Below are positions 27,118-37,068 of a DNA stretch of 64,000 bases, piece by piece; position 1 is the stretch's first letter; the number at the start of each line of letters is the position of its first letter. The stretch is taken from NCBI GenBank assembly GCA_045541915.1, contig JAZQJZ010000007.1, positions 104,759 through 168,758 on the forward strand, in the 5' to 3' direction. The notes beneath the pieces are model-generated. The model worked only from the letters and a program-made list of their open reading frames with translations, was not told the origin of the DNA and did no database searches. This DNA is from Eubacteriales bacterium (GTDB lineage: Bacteria; Bacillota; Clostridia; Oscillospirales; SIG627). The position numbers and the translations under genes are program-made.

Positions 27118-29496
27118 TTATTCAAAGTGGCTCATCAAATGGATCACACGGCGTACGGCCTCCAGAGCAACGGCTCTGTCGATCTTGCCGGTGGCAATGC
27201 TCTCGCCCAGGTCATAATCCTCGGGAGCGCCGGGCATACTCTTTGTGATTTGGTGAGGCATCTTCACGTCGTTTCCGCCGTAAAGCTCATTTTCCAAGGT
27301 CTCATAAGTCCACCAGTCGGTCATCACAAGGCCGGGATACTTCCACTCCCCCTTGAGAACACCATTGATCAATTCCCAGTTGCGGCTGTTTCTGGTGCCG
27401 TTGACTACGTTGTAGCTGGTCATCACACACCAGGGATCGGCTTTCTTCACGCAAATCTCAAAGCCGCGCAGATAGATCTCTCTCAATGCCCGTTCGGAAA
27501 CACGGGAGTCGGAATACTTTCGATTGACCTCCTTGTTGTTGCAGCAGAAGTGCTTGACGGTGGCGGCGATCTTCTGGGACTGGATACCCTTGACCGTAGC
27601 CGCAGCAAACAGACCGGTGGCAACTGGATCCTCGGAGTAGTACTCAAAGTTTCGGCCGCAAAGAGGGCTGCGGTGGATATTCATGCCGGGTGTCAGCCAG
27701 ATACCGGCGTTGTTCTCCTTCACTTCCATTGCGCCAACCTTGCCGCATTTTTCAGCAAGAGATAAATTCCAGGACTGGGAAACCGTATTGGCGGCAGGGA
27801 AATAGGTGGTGCTCACACCGCTTCCTGCGGCAGTACGGAATCCGGCAGGACCGTCACTGGTGGGGATGGAGGGGATGGAAAGGGGATCCTGATACCCTTC
27901 AGAAACACGGGGAACGGTATTGGCACCGATATAACCGGTTTGAGCGGCATTCATAGCGGTATGACCGTAAAGCATAGAGGCAATGACTCCATCGGGAAGA
28001 CTTGCCAAAAATTCTTCCTCTTTGCCTGCTGCCAGGGCGGCCTCCAAGGTCAAAGACTGCTCGGGAGCGGCGGCCTTTAAGCGATAGCGGCGGGGAGGAT
28101 GGTTCTTCTTTTCAGCCTTGGGCAATTTTTCGTATTCACCGGTGGCAGTCAGTCTTTCCTCCAGATCAGTGGGCGCCATATAGGAGTGGAGACGGCGGGT
28201 AACGGTATCCTCCTTCCAATCAAAGGAGAGCACCTTTTTGCTGTCTCTTACATTGGTACCCATGGACACAATGTATTCGCCCTTTTCCAGGATAAAGCAG
28301 CTCTTGGCAACCTTGCCCAGATCGTCAAAGGCGGAAAGAGAACGGATGTCAAAGGAGAGGGTCAATTTCTGCTCCTGGCCGGGCAAAAGCTCTTTTGTTT
28401 TGGCAAAGGTAGCAAGCTCCTTCTTGGCCTTGCCCAGTTTTCCCTGGGGAGCGGAAAGATACAGCTGAACCACTTCTTTTCCGGCAAAGGAGCCGGTGTT
28501 TTTCACCAGAACCGTACACTTCACGGTATTCTTTTCCAAAACGGCGCTCTGGCACTGCACGTCAAAGGTGGTATAGCCGATGCCGTAGCCGAAGGGATAC
28601 ACCACTTTTTCGGGCGCAAAGGTCTCAAAATAGCGGTAGCCTACGAAAATATCTTCCTTGTAGCTGACATAATCATCTGTTTCGGTATAGGTTTCGGTGG
28701 TAATGTAGTCCTCGATCTTCTCTGCCAGGGTATCCTGCAGGTGACCGGAGGGGTAGCGCTTACCCATCAGGATCTCCACCAGAGCTTCTCCGGCAAAGGA
28801 GCCGCCGAAGCCGGGATACAAAATAGCGCCGATCTTGGGATCATCACGTAGCTCGCGAATACCAACCGGGCCGCAAACGCAAAGGACCACGATCACCTTC
28901 TTGAAGTCCTGTTCCAGCTTCTTCAGCTGACGAAGCTCACTGTCAAAGAGCTTAAAATCTCTTTCCTTTCGGTCTCCGTCCACCGTTCCCTCGGTGGAAT
29001 AACGAAGGATTGCAAAAATGGCCACATCGCCAAAGGAAACGGCTTTCTGATACAGATCGTCCGGAACCTCGATCGGTTCCAGGGGAAGATAGGTTCTCCA
29101 TTTTCTCTTTTCTTTTTTGGGGAGGTCATCGCCCTCCTTCAGAATTTCCTGAACGCCCTTTTCCGCGTGGTCGATCAGTGGCTCAAAAAGCTCAATTTCG
29201 CCCCGTTTTGCCGCATTCTTCAAGGCATCGGCAAGAGACACCTTAATATCGGTCACAACACTGCCGGAACCACCGCCGCCGAAAATGTATTCTCCGGCAC
29301 CGCGGCCGAACAAACACACCTTTGCACCGGACTTTAAGGGCAAGGTGCCATTTTCATTTTTCAACAGTACCGTTCCCTCAATGGCGGCTTCCTTGGAAAC
29401 TGCCAGATGACGGGGAGAAGCGGTGACTCTGCGTCCGTCTTTTCCCAAGGGAAGAACGGAGCCGAAGCGATATCTTGCAAAACGTGTCATACTCAT
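27118..29496 (-). CDS. glycoside hydrolase family 3 (beta-glucosidase-like), reversed domain order
   Basis: Catalytic-domain motifs (NIHRSPLCGRNFEYYSEDP, nucleophile region GLVMTDWW) lie in the C-terminal half. The LLKNENGTLPL sandwich domain is N-terminal. Start is ATG 29496 or 29490. Confidence 0.88.
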   Translation of the reverse strand: MSMTRFARYRFGSVLPLGKDGRRVTASPRHLAVSKEAAIEGTVLLKNENGTLPLKSGAKVCLFGRGAGEYIFGGGGSGSVVTDIKVSLADALKNAAKRGEIELFEPLIDHAEKGVQEILKEGDDLPKKEKRKWRTYLPLEPIEVPDDLYQKAVSFGDVAIFAILRYSTEGTVDGDRKERDFKLFDSELRQLKKLEQDFKKVIVVLCVCGPVGIRELRDDPKIGAILYPGFGGSFAGEALVEILMGKRYPSGHLQDTLAEKIEDYITTETYTETDDYVSYKEDIFVGYRYFETFAPEKVVYPFGYGIGYTTFDVQCQSAVLEKNTVKCTVLVKNTGSFAGKEVVQLYLSAPQGKLGKAKKELATFAKTKELLPGQEQKLTLSFDIRSLSAFDDLGKVAKSCFILEKGEYIVSMGTNVRDSKKVLSFDWKEDTVTRRLHSYMAPTDLEERLTATGEYEKLPKAEKKNHPPRRYRLKAAAPEQSLTLEAALAAGKEEEFLASLPDGVIASMLYGHTAMNAAQTGYIGANTVPRVSEGYQDPLSIPSIPTSDGPAGFRTAAGSGVSTTYFPAANTVSQSWNLSLAEKCGKVGAMEVKENNAGIWLTPGMNIHRSPLCGRNFEYYSEDPVATGLFAAATVKGIQSQKIAATVKHFCCNNKEVNRKYSDSRVSERALREIYLRGFEICVKKADPWCVMTSYNVVNGTRNSRNWELINGVLKGEWKYPGLVMTDWWTYETLENELYGGNDVKMPHQITKSMPGAPEDYDLGESIATGKIDRAVALEAVRRVIHLMSHFE

Positions 29497-29593
29497 TACT
29501 CTCACCTTTTCCTTTTCGTTTTTTTCATTATGAGACAAATGGTTGAAAAAATCAAGTCACAAACGGACATTTTTCAGCCAAATTGTGCTTTTT

Positions 29594-30361
29594 CTAAAGT
29601 TTTAGCAATTCTTTTGCATTGAAGTAGAAAATGTTTTCCGTATCCTTTGCCGAAAGCTTCTCGGAGAGGACATACTGAATGTATTTTTGCTGACACCCCT
29701 CTTCATCACTTCCCGGAAAATCCGTTCCGTAGAGGATCCTCTCGCTCCCCACCCGCGCAACTGCATCCCGGAGCATACCCGGTCGCGAGGCGCCATAGGC
29801 GGAAAGATCCACATAGACATTTTCATTTTCTTTCATCAGAGAAATGAAATCTTCATAAAGTCCATAGCCGTCAAGATGCGCCAGAACCATCTTCATCCCG
29901 GGCACCTGGCGCAGAATGTGACGGTTCAATTCCATCTTCTTGGAGGGATGCAGATTCACCACCATACCCAGATCCCGGGCATAGGAAAGGATCTCCGGCA
30001 GATTGGGGTGGTCATACTGAAAGCCCATCATATAATATACAATCTCCCCCACCAGAACGCCGCCTTTTTCCTTGTGCCGCTCCAGTTCCCTGCAGGATAG
30101 ATCCACAAAATCCGGGTGGATGTGCACACCGGGAACAAAAAAGTCGGAAAACTGTCTTTGAAATGCCCAGACCTTTTCATTAAGCTCCGGCAGACGCCAC
30201 GAAAATTCCTCTGCCGGCTTCTTATAAGCATCCAGATTGATAAAAGAGCCCGCACAGCCGCAGATTCCGTTTTTCTTTAAAATTTCGACGAAGCGCACCG
30301 GATCGGTATTGTTTTGGTGAAAGTCATAACCGGGGTGAAGATGAAAGTCAAAAATTTTCAT
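29594..30361 (-). CDS. amidohydrolase-family (TIM-barrel metal-dependent hydrolase) protein
   Basis: N-terminal FDFHLHP metal-binding motif plus later HxH/D residues. 255 aa. Confidence 0.7.
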   Translation of the reverse strand: MKIFDFHLHPGYDFHQNNTDPVRFVEILKKNGICGCAGSFINLDAYKKPAEEFSWRLPELNEKVWAFQRQFSDFFVPGVHIHPDFVDLSCRELERHKEKGGVLVGEIVYYMMGFQYDHPNLPEILSYARDLGMVVNLHPSKKMELNRHILRQVPGMKMVLAHLDGYGLYEDFISLMKENENVYVDLSAYGASRPGMLRDAVARVGSERILYGTDFPGSDEEGCQQKYIQYVLSEKLSAKDTENIFYFNAKELLKL

Positions 30362-30371
30362 TGCTTTCTCC

Positions 30372-31787
30372 TCAATGCTGGTGATCGCTATGATCCCCTT
30401 CCATACCGGGCGTGGTGGGAGTGGGGATCTGAAGGGAAGGCAGGGTCACCTGCTCCGTTTCATCTACCGTCACAGAATATTGAGCCGAAAGAACCGAAGA
30501 GGCACTGCTTCCCTGGAAGGAGAAGGAAAAAGCCGTCAATTCTCCCTGGGAAAGGGTGGTGGTAAAGACTCCCGTACCGGACGAGGTGATACCCTCCAAG
30601 GTCGCACCCGAATCCGGAAACAGTGCAAGGATCTTCTCTGCCAAAACCCGGCATCCCGTTTCACTGACCGAAAACGAAACGGTATTCTGTCCGCTTTCCT
30701 GGGAAAGGGTCAAATTTGCCATCTGGGAAAGAGGTAGAAGATTTTCCTTAAGCACCTGACTCCAGGGAAGCTCTTTGGTTTCCGAAATGCTCTCACTCAT
30801 CTTTTCTCCGGTGATCACATTGTATTCGTTTTCCGTCACACTGCCCCCTTGGGCCAGGATCTGATAAAAGCGGCTCTCTTCCCCATCCTTCTTTCCGGTT
30901 AAGGTCTGGCGGGACAGATAATACTCGCCTTTTTCATTTTGGTAGCAGTTGATCTCGGAGTGGATCTGATTTTTCTCCTCTCCCACCGAAAGGGTGTGAG
31001 AAGAAAGGATGGTCGCCTGGAACACATCCTTGTTTTCCAGCGCCTTTACCGCATGGGAAACAAGATGCGGAATACGGATATCTCCCACCGGGATCCATTC
31101 TACTCCCTCCGGCAATTCCGGAAGTGAGGCATCATCGGAACGGGAATGGACCAGCGTGGTTACAAGGGTCACCTCTCCTTGTCCTTCCTTGCCGGAAACC
31201 ACAATGGTTTCCTTTTCCAAAATACCGTTTTCCTTCAATTCCACCGTTCCGTTTGCACGCTCCGGCTGAAAATCCGCTTCCCCTGCCGCCCCGGAAAACA
31301 GTTCCAAAAGCGTTTGGTCAGAGACGGTATAGAAAAGAGTCAAGCCGTCCCGGGTCACATCCGAAACCTGATCCTTTTCCAAGCTTGAGACGGGATAATA
31401 GTAGGTGTTCAGATACTCCTGAGCCGCACGGGAGGTGGCTGGAGCGGTAAAATTCCCCAGCGAGCCGGAGACAGAAAGCTCTTTTCCGTTAAACCAAACA
31501 TTATCTTCTCCCAATCGGGCAAAGGAGATGCTGTCGTAACCCGTGCGAATCCGCGTGGTTTTCACCGTTTTGGATTCCTCTCCAAAGGTGATGACGCTTT
31601 CCAAATAAGAATAAGAAAGGGCCTTCGTTTTGGAAAGGGCTTTTTCATAAAGCTCCTGAGCGGAAAGGGAGGAAAGATCCTCTTTTTCTGCCTGGTCACC
31701 GGTCTGGGTCACTGCAGGGGATTCAGAACAGGAAACCAGAGAAAGCAGGATCACCAAACACAGGAAAATAGAAAGTTGTTTTTTCAT
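30372..31787 (-). CDS. hypothetical lipoprotein with His-rich C-terminal tail
   Basis: Lipobox LLSLVS|C from ATG 31787 (SD GGAAGGTG). C-terminus MEGDHSDHQH. No domain recognised. Confidence 0.65.
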   Translation of the reverse strand: MKKQLSIFLCLVILLSLVSCSESPAVTQTGDQAEKEDLSSLSAQELYEKALSKTKALSYSYLESVITFGEESKTVKTTRIRTGYDSISFARLGEDNVWFNGKELSVSGSLGNFTAPATSRAAQEYLNTYYYPVSSLEKDQVSDVTRDGLTLFYTVSDQTLLELFSGAAGEADFQPERANGTVELKENGILEKETIVVSGKEGQGEVTLVTTLVHSRSDDASLPELPEGVEWIPVGDIRIPHLVSHAVKALENKDVFQATILSSHTLSVGEEKNQIHSEINCYQNEKGEYYLSRQTLTGKKDGEESRFYQILAQGGSVTENEYNVITGEKMSESISETKELPWSQVLKENLLPLSQMANLTLSQESGQNTVSFSVSETGCRVLAEKILALFPDSGATLEGITSSGTGVFTTTLSQGELTAFSFSFQGSSASSVLSAQYSVTVDETEQVTLPSLQIPTPTTPGMEGDHSDHQH

Positions 31788-31803
31788 CTCATCACCTTCC
31801 TTT

Positions 31804-33231
31804 TTAAACATAAAGCTTGGCCAAGCCGCCCTCACTGGTCTCGCGGTAGCGGTGAGACAGGTCTTTGCCGGTTTCGTACATGGTTTTCACCACGGTATCG
31901 AAGGAAATTTTTCTGGAATCCGTCAGGAAATTGGCAAGATTCACAGCATTGATGGCACGCATAGCCGCCACGGCATTTCGCTCGATACACGGAATCTGAA
32001 CCAAGCCGCGAATGGGATCGCACGTTAAGCCCAAATGGTGCTCCAGCGCTACCTCTGCCGCATATTCAATCTGAGAAAGCGCCATTCCATAGATCTCTCC
32101 CAATCCGGCCGAAGCCATGGCGCAGGCGCTTCCCACCTCTGCCTGACAGCCACATTCCGCGCCACTGATGGAAGCGTTGGTCTTAATGAGATTTCCCATC
32201 AGACCGGCTGTGGCAAGAGCGTGGAGGATCTCCACCTCATCAAAGCCCCTTTTATCACTGACGTATTTTAAAACGGCCGGTAAAATGCCGCAAGCGCCGC
32301 AGGTGGGTGCCGTGACAATGATGCCGCAAGCGGCATTCTGCTCACTGACAGCAAAGGCATAGGAGCAGACCAGGCGATTTTCTCTGGTTTCGGCATTTTC
32401 ATCGATGTGCCGCTGATTGAACAGATGCTTGGCTTTTCTTTGCACCCCAAGTCCTCCGAACAGTTCTCCCTCGGCGCGAAGGCCCTCGTTCATGGAATGG
32501 AGCATAGCATGCCAGATCTGGCGCAGATATTCCCAGATCTCCTTTCCCTCATACTTTTCCACATACTGCCACAAGCGTATTCCCCGTTCCTGGCAGTATT
32601 CGCTAATCTGGGCGAAGCTATTATGGGGATAGATCCGCTCCGGCTTATACACCGGGTGTCCCTTGATTACAATGCTTCCACCGCCCACGCTGTAAACCTC
32701 CCAAAAGCCGATGCGCCGGGAGCCTTGATAGGCAAAAAGCTGCATGGTATTGGGATGATAAAGCTCCAGGGTTTTGATGTCAAATTCAATTTCACACTCC
32801 ACCGGGGAAAAGGCCTTCAGAATACAGTAATCTGTCCGGTGTCCCTTTCCGGTTTTGGCAAGGGAACCCTGAAGCACTGCCTTGTAGCGAGTGGCGTTGG
32901 GATATTGCTCCCGGAATAGCTCAGCCGCCTTCTCCGGGCCCATGGTATGAGAGCTGGAAGGCCCTCTTCCAATGCGGTAAAGTTCCCGAAGAGATTCCAT
33001 TCCCGGCTCGACCTGCTTGTTTTTTTCTTCCTTGATATCGTGCTTTAAAAAGAAATCCAGCGTTACGCCAAACACGGTGGCGATGGAAAGAAGCGTATCG
33101 GTGCTGGGCATAGACTCCCCGTTTTCCCATTTGGAAACGGCGCGGTTGGAAACCCCCACCTTCCTTCCCAATTCTTCCTGGGAATACTTATTCTTTTTTC
33201 TCAAAAATCGGATCTTTTCTGCAAATTCCAT
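31804..33231 (-). CDS. XRE-type HTH domain fused to iron-sulfur L-serine dehydratase (single-chain)
   Basis: N-terminus: FAEKIRFLRKKNKYSQEELGRKVGVSNRAVSKWENG (Cro/C1 HTH). From about residue 83: IGRGPSSSHTMGP, TAPTCGACG and SGAECGCQAEVGSACAMA (SDH beta and alpha signatures, cysteine ligands present). The track start 33246 is also possible. Confidence 0.85.
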   Translation of the reverse strand: MEFAEKIRFLRKKNKYSQEELGRKVGVSNRAVSKWENGESMPSTDTLLSIATVFGVTLDFFLKHDIKEEKNKQVEPGMESLRELYRIGRGPSSSHTMGPEKAAELFREQYPNATRYKAVLQGSLAKTGKGHRTDYCILKAFSPVECEIEFDIKTLELYHPNTMQLFAYQGSRRIGFWEVYSVGGGSIVIKGHPVYKPERIYPHNSFAQISEYCQERGIRLWQYVEKYEGKEIWEYLRQIWHAMLHSMNEGLRAEGELFGGLGVQRKAKHLFNQRHIDENAETRENRLVCSYAFAVSEQNAACGIIVTAPTCGACGILPAVLKYVSDKRGFDEVEILHALATAGLMGNLIKTNASISGAECGCQAEVGSACAMASAGLGEIYGMALSQIEYAAEVALEHHLGLTCDPIRGLVQIPCIERNAVAAMRAINAVNLANFLTDSRKISFDTVVKTMYETGKDLSHRYRETSEGGLAKLYV

Positions 33232-33258
33232 ATCAGATTCACCCATCCTTCAGCTCAA

Positions 33259-33332
33259 ATTCTACCATTATTAGAAAAAAATTGCAATAGAATTTTCCCT
33301 CCCTTTGGAAAGAAATCTACTGTTATTAGAAT
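33259..33332. promoter_or_regulatory. promoter region of the HTH-SDH operon with two 16-nt direct repeats
   Basis: Minus strand reads TTGCAA-17-TAGAAT. Repeats TCTACCATTATTAGAA (33261-33276) and TCTACTGTTATTAGAA (33316-33331) match at 14/16; one overlaps the -10. Confidence 0.45.
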
Positions 33333-33375
33333 TTTTCAGGTTTTTCCTTTTTATTCTTCCGGATAAAAAATGGCA

Positions 33376-33413
33376 TAAAAAAACAAGAGGCTTTGAAAGC
33401 CTCTTGTTTTTTC
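33376..33413 (-). terminator. intrinsic terminator after hydA
   Basis: CAAGAGGCTT-tga-AAGCCTCTTG flanked by A- and T-runs. Confidence 0.85.
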
Positions 33414-33418
33414 TCATA

Positions 33419-35188
33419 TTACACTTCCGGGAAGGGTTCTCTTCCGTGGTAGTGGGTGTGGAGAAGCTCGTGAGCCAGGTGAGAATTGGGCTCACCCAGG
33501 AACTGCTCGTAGAGCGCCTTGATCTGGGGATTGTTGTGAGACTGACGCAGGGTCTGTCTTTCATCCTCGGAGTAAAGGGCTGCTGCGCGCTTTGCCTTGT
33601 AGGTATCCACAATGTCCAGATCCTCGTTGGGCAGGAAGCACTCTCTCACATAGGGCTGACCGCCGCCGTTGATACAACCGCCGGGGCATCCCATGATCTC
33701 AATGAAGTGATACTTGCTGGTACCGTCTGCAATCTGGTCTAAAAGAACCTTTGCATTCTTCATACCGTGAGCAACAGCAACATTAACGGTCATGCCGGCA
33801 AGATCAAAGCTTGCTTCCTTGATTCCGTCAAAGCCGCGTACTTCTTCAAACTTCACACCCTCGTGCTCTTTTCCGGTGAGAACAAATGCTGCGGTACGGA
33901 GAGCTGCCTCCATTACACCGCCGGTAACACCGAAGATCACACCGGCACCGGTGTATTCGCCAACGATATCGTTGTCAAACTCTTCATCGGGAAGCTTTGT
34001 AAAGTTGATACCGCTTCTCTTGATGAGTCTGCCCAGTTCTCTGGTGGTGAGAACGGCGTCTACATCAGCCAGGCCGCGGGTCTTCAGCTCGTCGCGCTGT
34101 GCCTCAAACTTCTTGGAAGAGCAAGGCATAACAGAAACAACAAACAGATCCTTGGGATCGATTCCTGCCTTTTCAGCCCAGAAATGCTTCAGAACTGCAC
34201 CCATCATTTCGTGGGGAGACTTGCAGGAGGAAAGGTGACCCAAAAGATCACCGTAGTGAATTTCAGCGTAGTTGACCCATCCGGGAGAGCAGGAAGTGAT
34301 CATGGGGAGCTTGCCGCCATTCTTGATTCTTCCCAGAAGCTCGGTTGCTTCCTCCATAATGGTAAGGTCTGCAGCGTAGTTGGTATCGAACACCTTCTTA
34401 AAGCCCAGTCTCCTGAGAGCGGCAACCATCTTGCCGGTCACGGGAGTACCGATCTTCATACCAAATTCTTCGCCCAGAGCGGCTCTTACTGCAGGAGCAG
34501 TCTGAACCACAACGTACTTGCCGGCTGCCATTGCGGCATCGACCTTTGCAATGTCGTTCTTTTCCATCAGAGCGCCGGTGGGACATACAGTGATACACTG
34601 GCCGCACATGATACAGGGGCTCTTATCAAAGGTTCTGTTCTGAGCAGGTCCGATGATGGTCTTAAAGCCACGGTTCTGGAAGGTGAGAACGCCTTCACCG
34701 TGAGCGTTGGCACATCTTGCAACACATCTGCCGCAGAGAACACACTTGGAGGTGTCGCGAACGATCGCGGGGGTCACATCGTCCAGAGTGGTCTCAGTCT
34801 GGGCTCCAAGGAACATATCCTCTCTGGCACCGGTGAGCTTTGCCACGTGGAGAAGCTCGCACTTCTCATTCTTATCGCACTGCTGGCACTTCATAGAGTG
34901 GTTGGAGAGGAGCAATTCAACGGATGCTCTTCTGGCAGCAGTGGCTTTGGGGGAGGAGATGGTGATCTCCATTCCCTCGTTTACAGGATATACGCAGGAA
35001 GCCACAAGACCTCTTGCACCTGTAACCTCCACCAGACATACGCGGCAAGAACCTCTATTGCACTCGCCGTGGTTGTATGCACAAAGGGAGGGAATTTCAT
35101 AACCGCACTGACGGGCGGCTTCCAGAATGGTCAATCCCGCATCTACCTGATAGGGGATGCCTTCGATTTTGATATTGATTTTTGCCAT
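33419..35188 (-). CDS. hydA: [FeFe] hydrogenase catalytic subunit (group A, HydA)
   Basis: H-cluster motifs TSCSPGW, MPCSSKKFE and EIMGCPGGCINGGG. N-terminal 2Fe-2S and 4Fe-4S cysteine clusters. ATG 35188 with SD AGGAGGG. Confidence 0.93.
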   Translation of the reverse strand: MAKINIKIEGIPYQVDAGLTILEAARQCGYEIPSLCAYNHGECNRGSCRVCLVEVTGARGLVASCVYPVNEGMEITISSPKATAARRASVELLLSNHSMKCQQCDKNEKCELLHVAKLTGAREDMFLGAQTETTLDDVTPAIVRDTSKCVLCGRCVARCANAHGEGVLTFQNRGFKTIIGPAQNRTFDKSPCIMCGQCITVCPTGALMEKNDIAKVDAAMAAGKYVVVQTAPAVRAALGEEFGMKIGTPVTGKMVAALRRLGFKKVFDTNYAADLTIMEEATELLGRIKNGGKLPMITSCSPGWVNYAEIHYGDLLGHLSSCKSPHEMMGAVLKHFWAEKAGIDPKDLFVVSVMPCSSKKFEAQRDELKTRGLADVDAVLTTRELGRLIKRSGINFTKLPDEEFDNDIVGEYTGAGVIFGVTGGVMEAALRTAAFVLTGKEHEGVKFEEVRGFDGIKEASFDLAGMTVNVAVAHGMKNAKVLLDQIADGTSKYHFIEIMGCPGGCINGGGQPYVRECFLPNEDLDIVDTYKAKRAAALYSEDERQTLRQSHNNPQIKALYEQFLGEPNSHLAHELLHTHYHGREPFPEV

Positions 35189-35202
35189 TTCCAAAACCCT
35201 CC

Positions 35203-37068
35203 TTATTTCTTTTCAATCGCCTTGAATTTACAGGACGAGAGACACATACCGCACTTGATACACTTATCCTGATCAATGACATAAGGAGTCACGCGAACTT
35301 CGCCGGTGATGGCGCCCACGGGACAGCAACGTGCACACAGAGAGCACTTCTTGCACTTCTCGGGATCAATTTCGTATCTCATCAGGTTCTTGCAAACCTT
35401 AGCGGGACATTCTTTCTTTTCGATGTGAGCAATGTACTCATCACGGAAAGCGGCAAGGGTGGAAAGAACGGGGTTGGCTGCGGTCTGACCCAGTGCGCAG
35501 AGAGAGCCGATCTTAATGGTCTGCGCCAGCTCTTCCAGTTCTTCCAGGTCTTTCATGGTAGCCTTACCGTCGGTAATCTTTTCCAGATACTCCAGAAGGC
35601 GCTTGGTACCGATACGGCAGGGAGAGCACTTACCGCAGGATTCGTCGCAGATGAATTCCATATAGAATTTTGCAACGTCAACCATACAGTTGTCTTCGTC
35701 CATTACGATGGCACCGCCGGAGCCCATCATAGATCCCTTTGCAACCAGGTTGTCAAAGTCGATGGGAGTATCCAGATCCTTTTCGGTCAAGCATCCGCCG
35801 GAAGGACCGCCGGTCTGAATGGCCTTGAACTTCTTATCACCGGGGATTCCTCCGCCGATGTCATAAATGAGTTCTCTCAAGGTGGTACCCATGGGGATTT
35901 CTACCAGACCAACATTGTTGATCTTACCGCCCAGAGCGAATACCTTGGTTCCGCGGCTTCTTTCCGTACCGTACTTGGTAACGGAATCAGCACCGTTGCG
36001 GAGAATGTAAGGAACGCAAGCCAGCGTTTCTACGTTGTTTACGATGGTGGGGCACTCCCACAAGCCCTTCACTGCAGGGAAAGGAGGACGGGGACGGGGC
36101 ATACCGCGCTGACCCTCGATGGAGTTCAGAAGCGCTGTTTCCTCGCCGCATACGAATGCGCCTGCACCCAGACGAACATGTGCACGGAAGGAGAAGCCGG
36201 TGCCCAGAATGTTATCACCCAAAAGACCCAGTTCTTCTGCCTGGGCAATGGCAAGTTTCAGACGGTTTACTGCGATGGGATATTCTGCACGAACATAGAA
36301 GTAACCGTTCTGTGCGCCGATGGCATAACCGGCAATGGCCATACCTTCGATAACGGCAAGGGGGTTACCTTCCAGGATGGAACGGTCCATAAATGCGCCG
36401 GGGTCACCCTCGTCACCGTTACAAACCACATACTTTTCTCCATCGGGCTGATCGTAAGCAAACTGCCACTTTCTACCGGTGGGGAATCCGCCGCCGCCTC
36501 TTCCGCGAAGGCCGGAATCCAGCACTTCCTTGATGACGTCAGCGCGATCCATCTTCAAAGCGCGGGCAAGACCCTTGAATGCATCTGCACCCAGTGCTTC
36601 GTCAATGTTTTCAGGATCGATGGAGCCGCAACCGTGCAGTGCCACACGAACCTGCTTCTTATAGAAGGTGATATCCTCCTGCTTGGCAACCTTTTTCTGG
36701 GTTTCAGGATCCACGTAAAGCAATCTGTCGATCACTTCGCCGCCGATCAGATCCTTTTCCACGATCTCTTCCACATCTTCCAGGGTAACCAGACGGTAAA
36801 GAGTATCTTCGGGATAGATCTTAACGAAGGGGCCCTGAGAGCAGAAACCGAAGCAACCAACCTGGTTGACGGTCACGCGATCGGAAAGACCCTTTTCCTC
36901 GACCAACTTAGAAAACTTCTCACGGATTTCCGCGGAGTTGGAAGAAAGACAGCCGGTACCGCCGCAGAGAACCACGGCACGCTTGCCAGCCTCGCCCTTG
37001 AACTTACCGTCCAAGCATTTGGCGCACTGCGCCTGTTTTGCTTCCAGTTCTTCAAAAGACTTAATCAT
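35203..37068 (-). CDS. hydB: NuoF-like NAD(P)H-binding flavoprotein subunit of multimeric hydrogenase (HydB)
   Basis: GRGGGGFPTGRKW FMN/NADH region and C-terminal 2x[4Fe-4S] (CKKCSLCARCCP, CIKCGMCLSSC). The track ORF is trimmed to ATG 37068, which overlaps the hydC stop (ATGA). Confidence 0.92.
   Translation of the reverse strand: MIKSFEELEAKQAQCAKCLDGKFKGEAGKRAVVLCGGTGCLSSNSAEIREKFSKLVEEKGLSDRVTVNQVGCFGFCSQGPFVKIYPEDTLYRLVTLEDVEEIVEKDLIGGEVIDRLLYVDPETQKKVAKQEDITFYKKQVRVALHGCGSIDPENIDEALGADAFKGLARALKMDRADVIKEVLDSGLRGRGGGGFPTGRKWQFAYDQPDGEKYVVCNGDEGDPGAFMDRSILEGNPLAVIEGMAIAGYAIGAQNGYFYVRAEYPIAVNRLKLAIAQAEELGLLGDNILGTGFSFRAHVRLGAGAFVCGEETALLNSIEGQRGMPRPRPPFPAVKGLWECPTIVNNVETLACVPYILRNGADSVTKYGTERSRGTKVFALGGKINNVGLVEIPMGTTLRELIYDIGGGIPGDKKFKAIQTGGPSGGCLTEKDLDTPIDFDNLVAKGSMMGSGGAIVMDEDNCMVDVAKFYMEFICDESCGKCSPCRIGTKRLLEYLEKITDGKATMKDLEELEELAQTIKIGSLCALGQTAANPVLSTLAAFRDEYIAHIEKKECPAKVCKNLMRYEIDPEKCKKCSLCARCCPVGAITGEVRVTPYVIDQDKCIKCGMCLSSCKFKAIEKK

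Noticed and set aside
32998-33000. The internal ATG at the HTH/SDH junction considered as the true start of a separate serine dehydratase gene.
   Set aside because: No stop codon separates the domains and no SD precedes the internal ATG, so the fusion is the simplest reading. A sequencing error cannot be excluded from the sequence alone.
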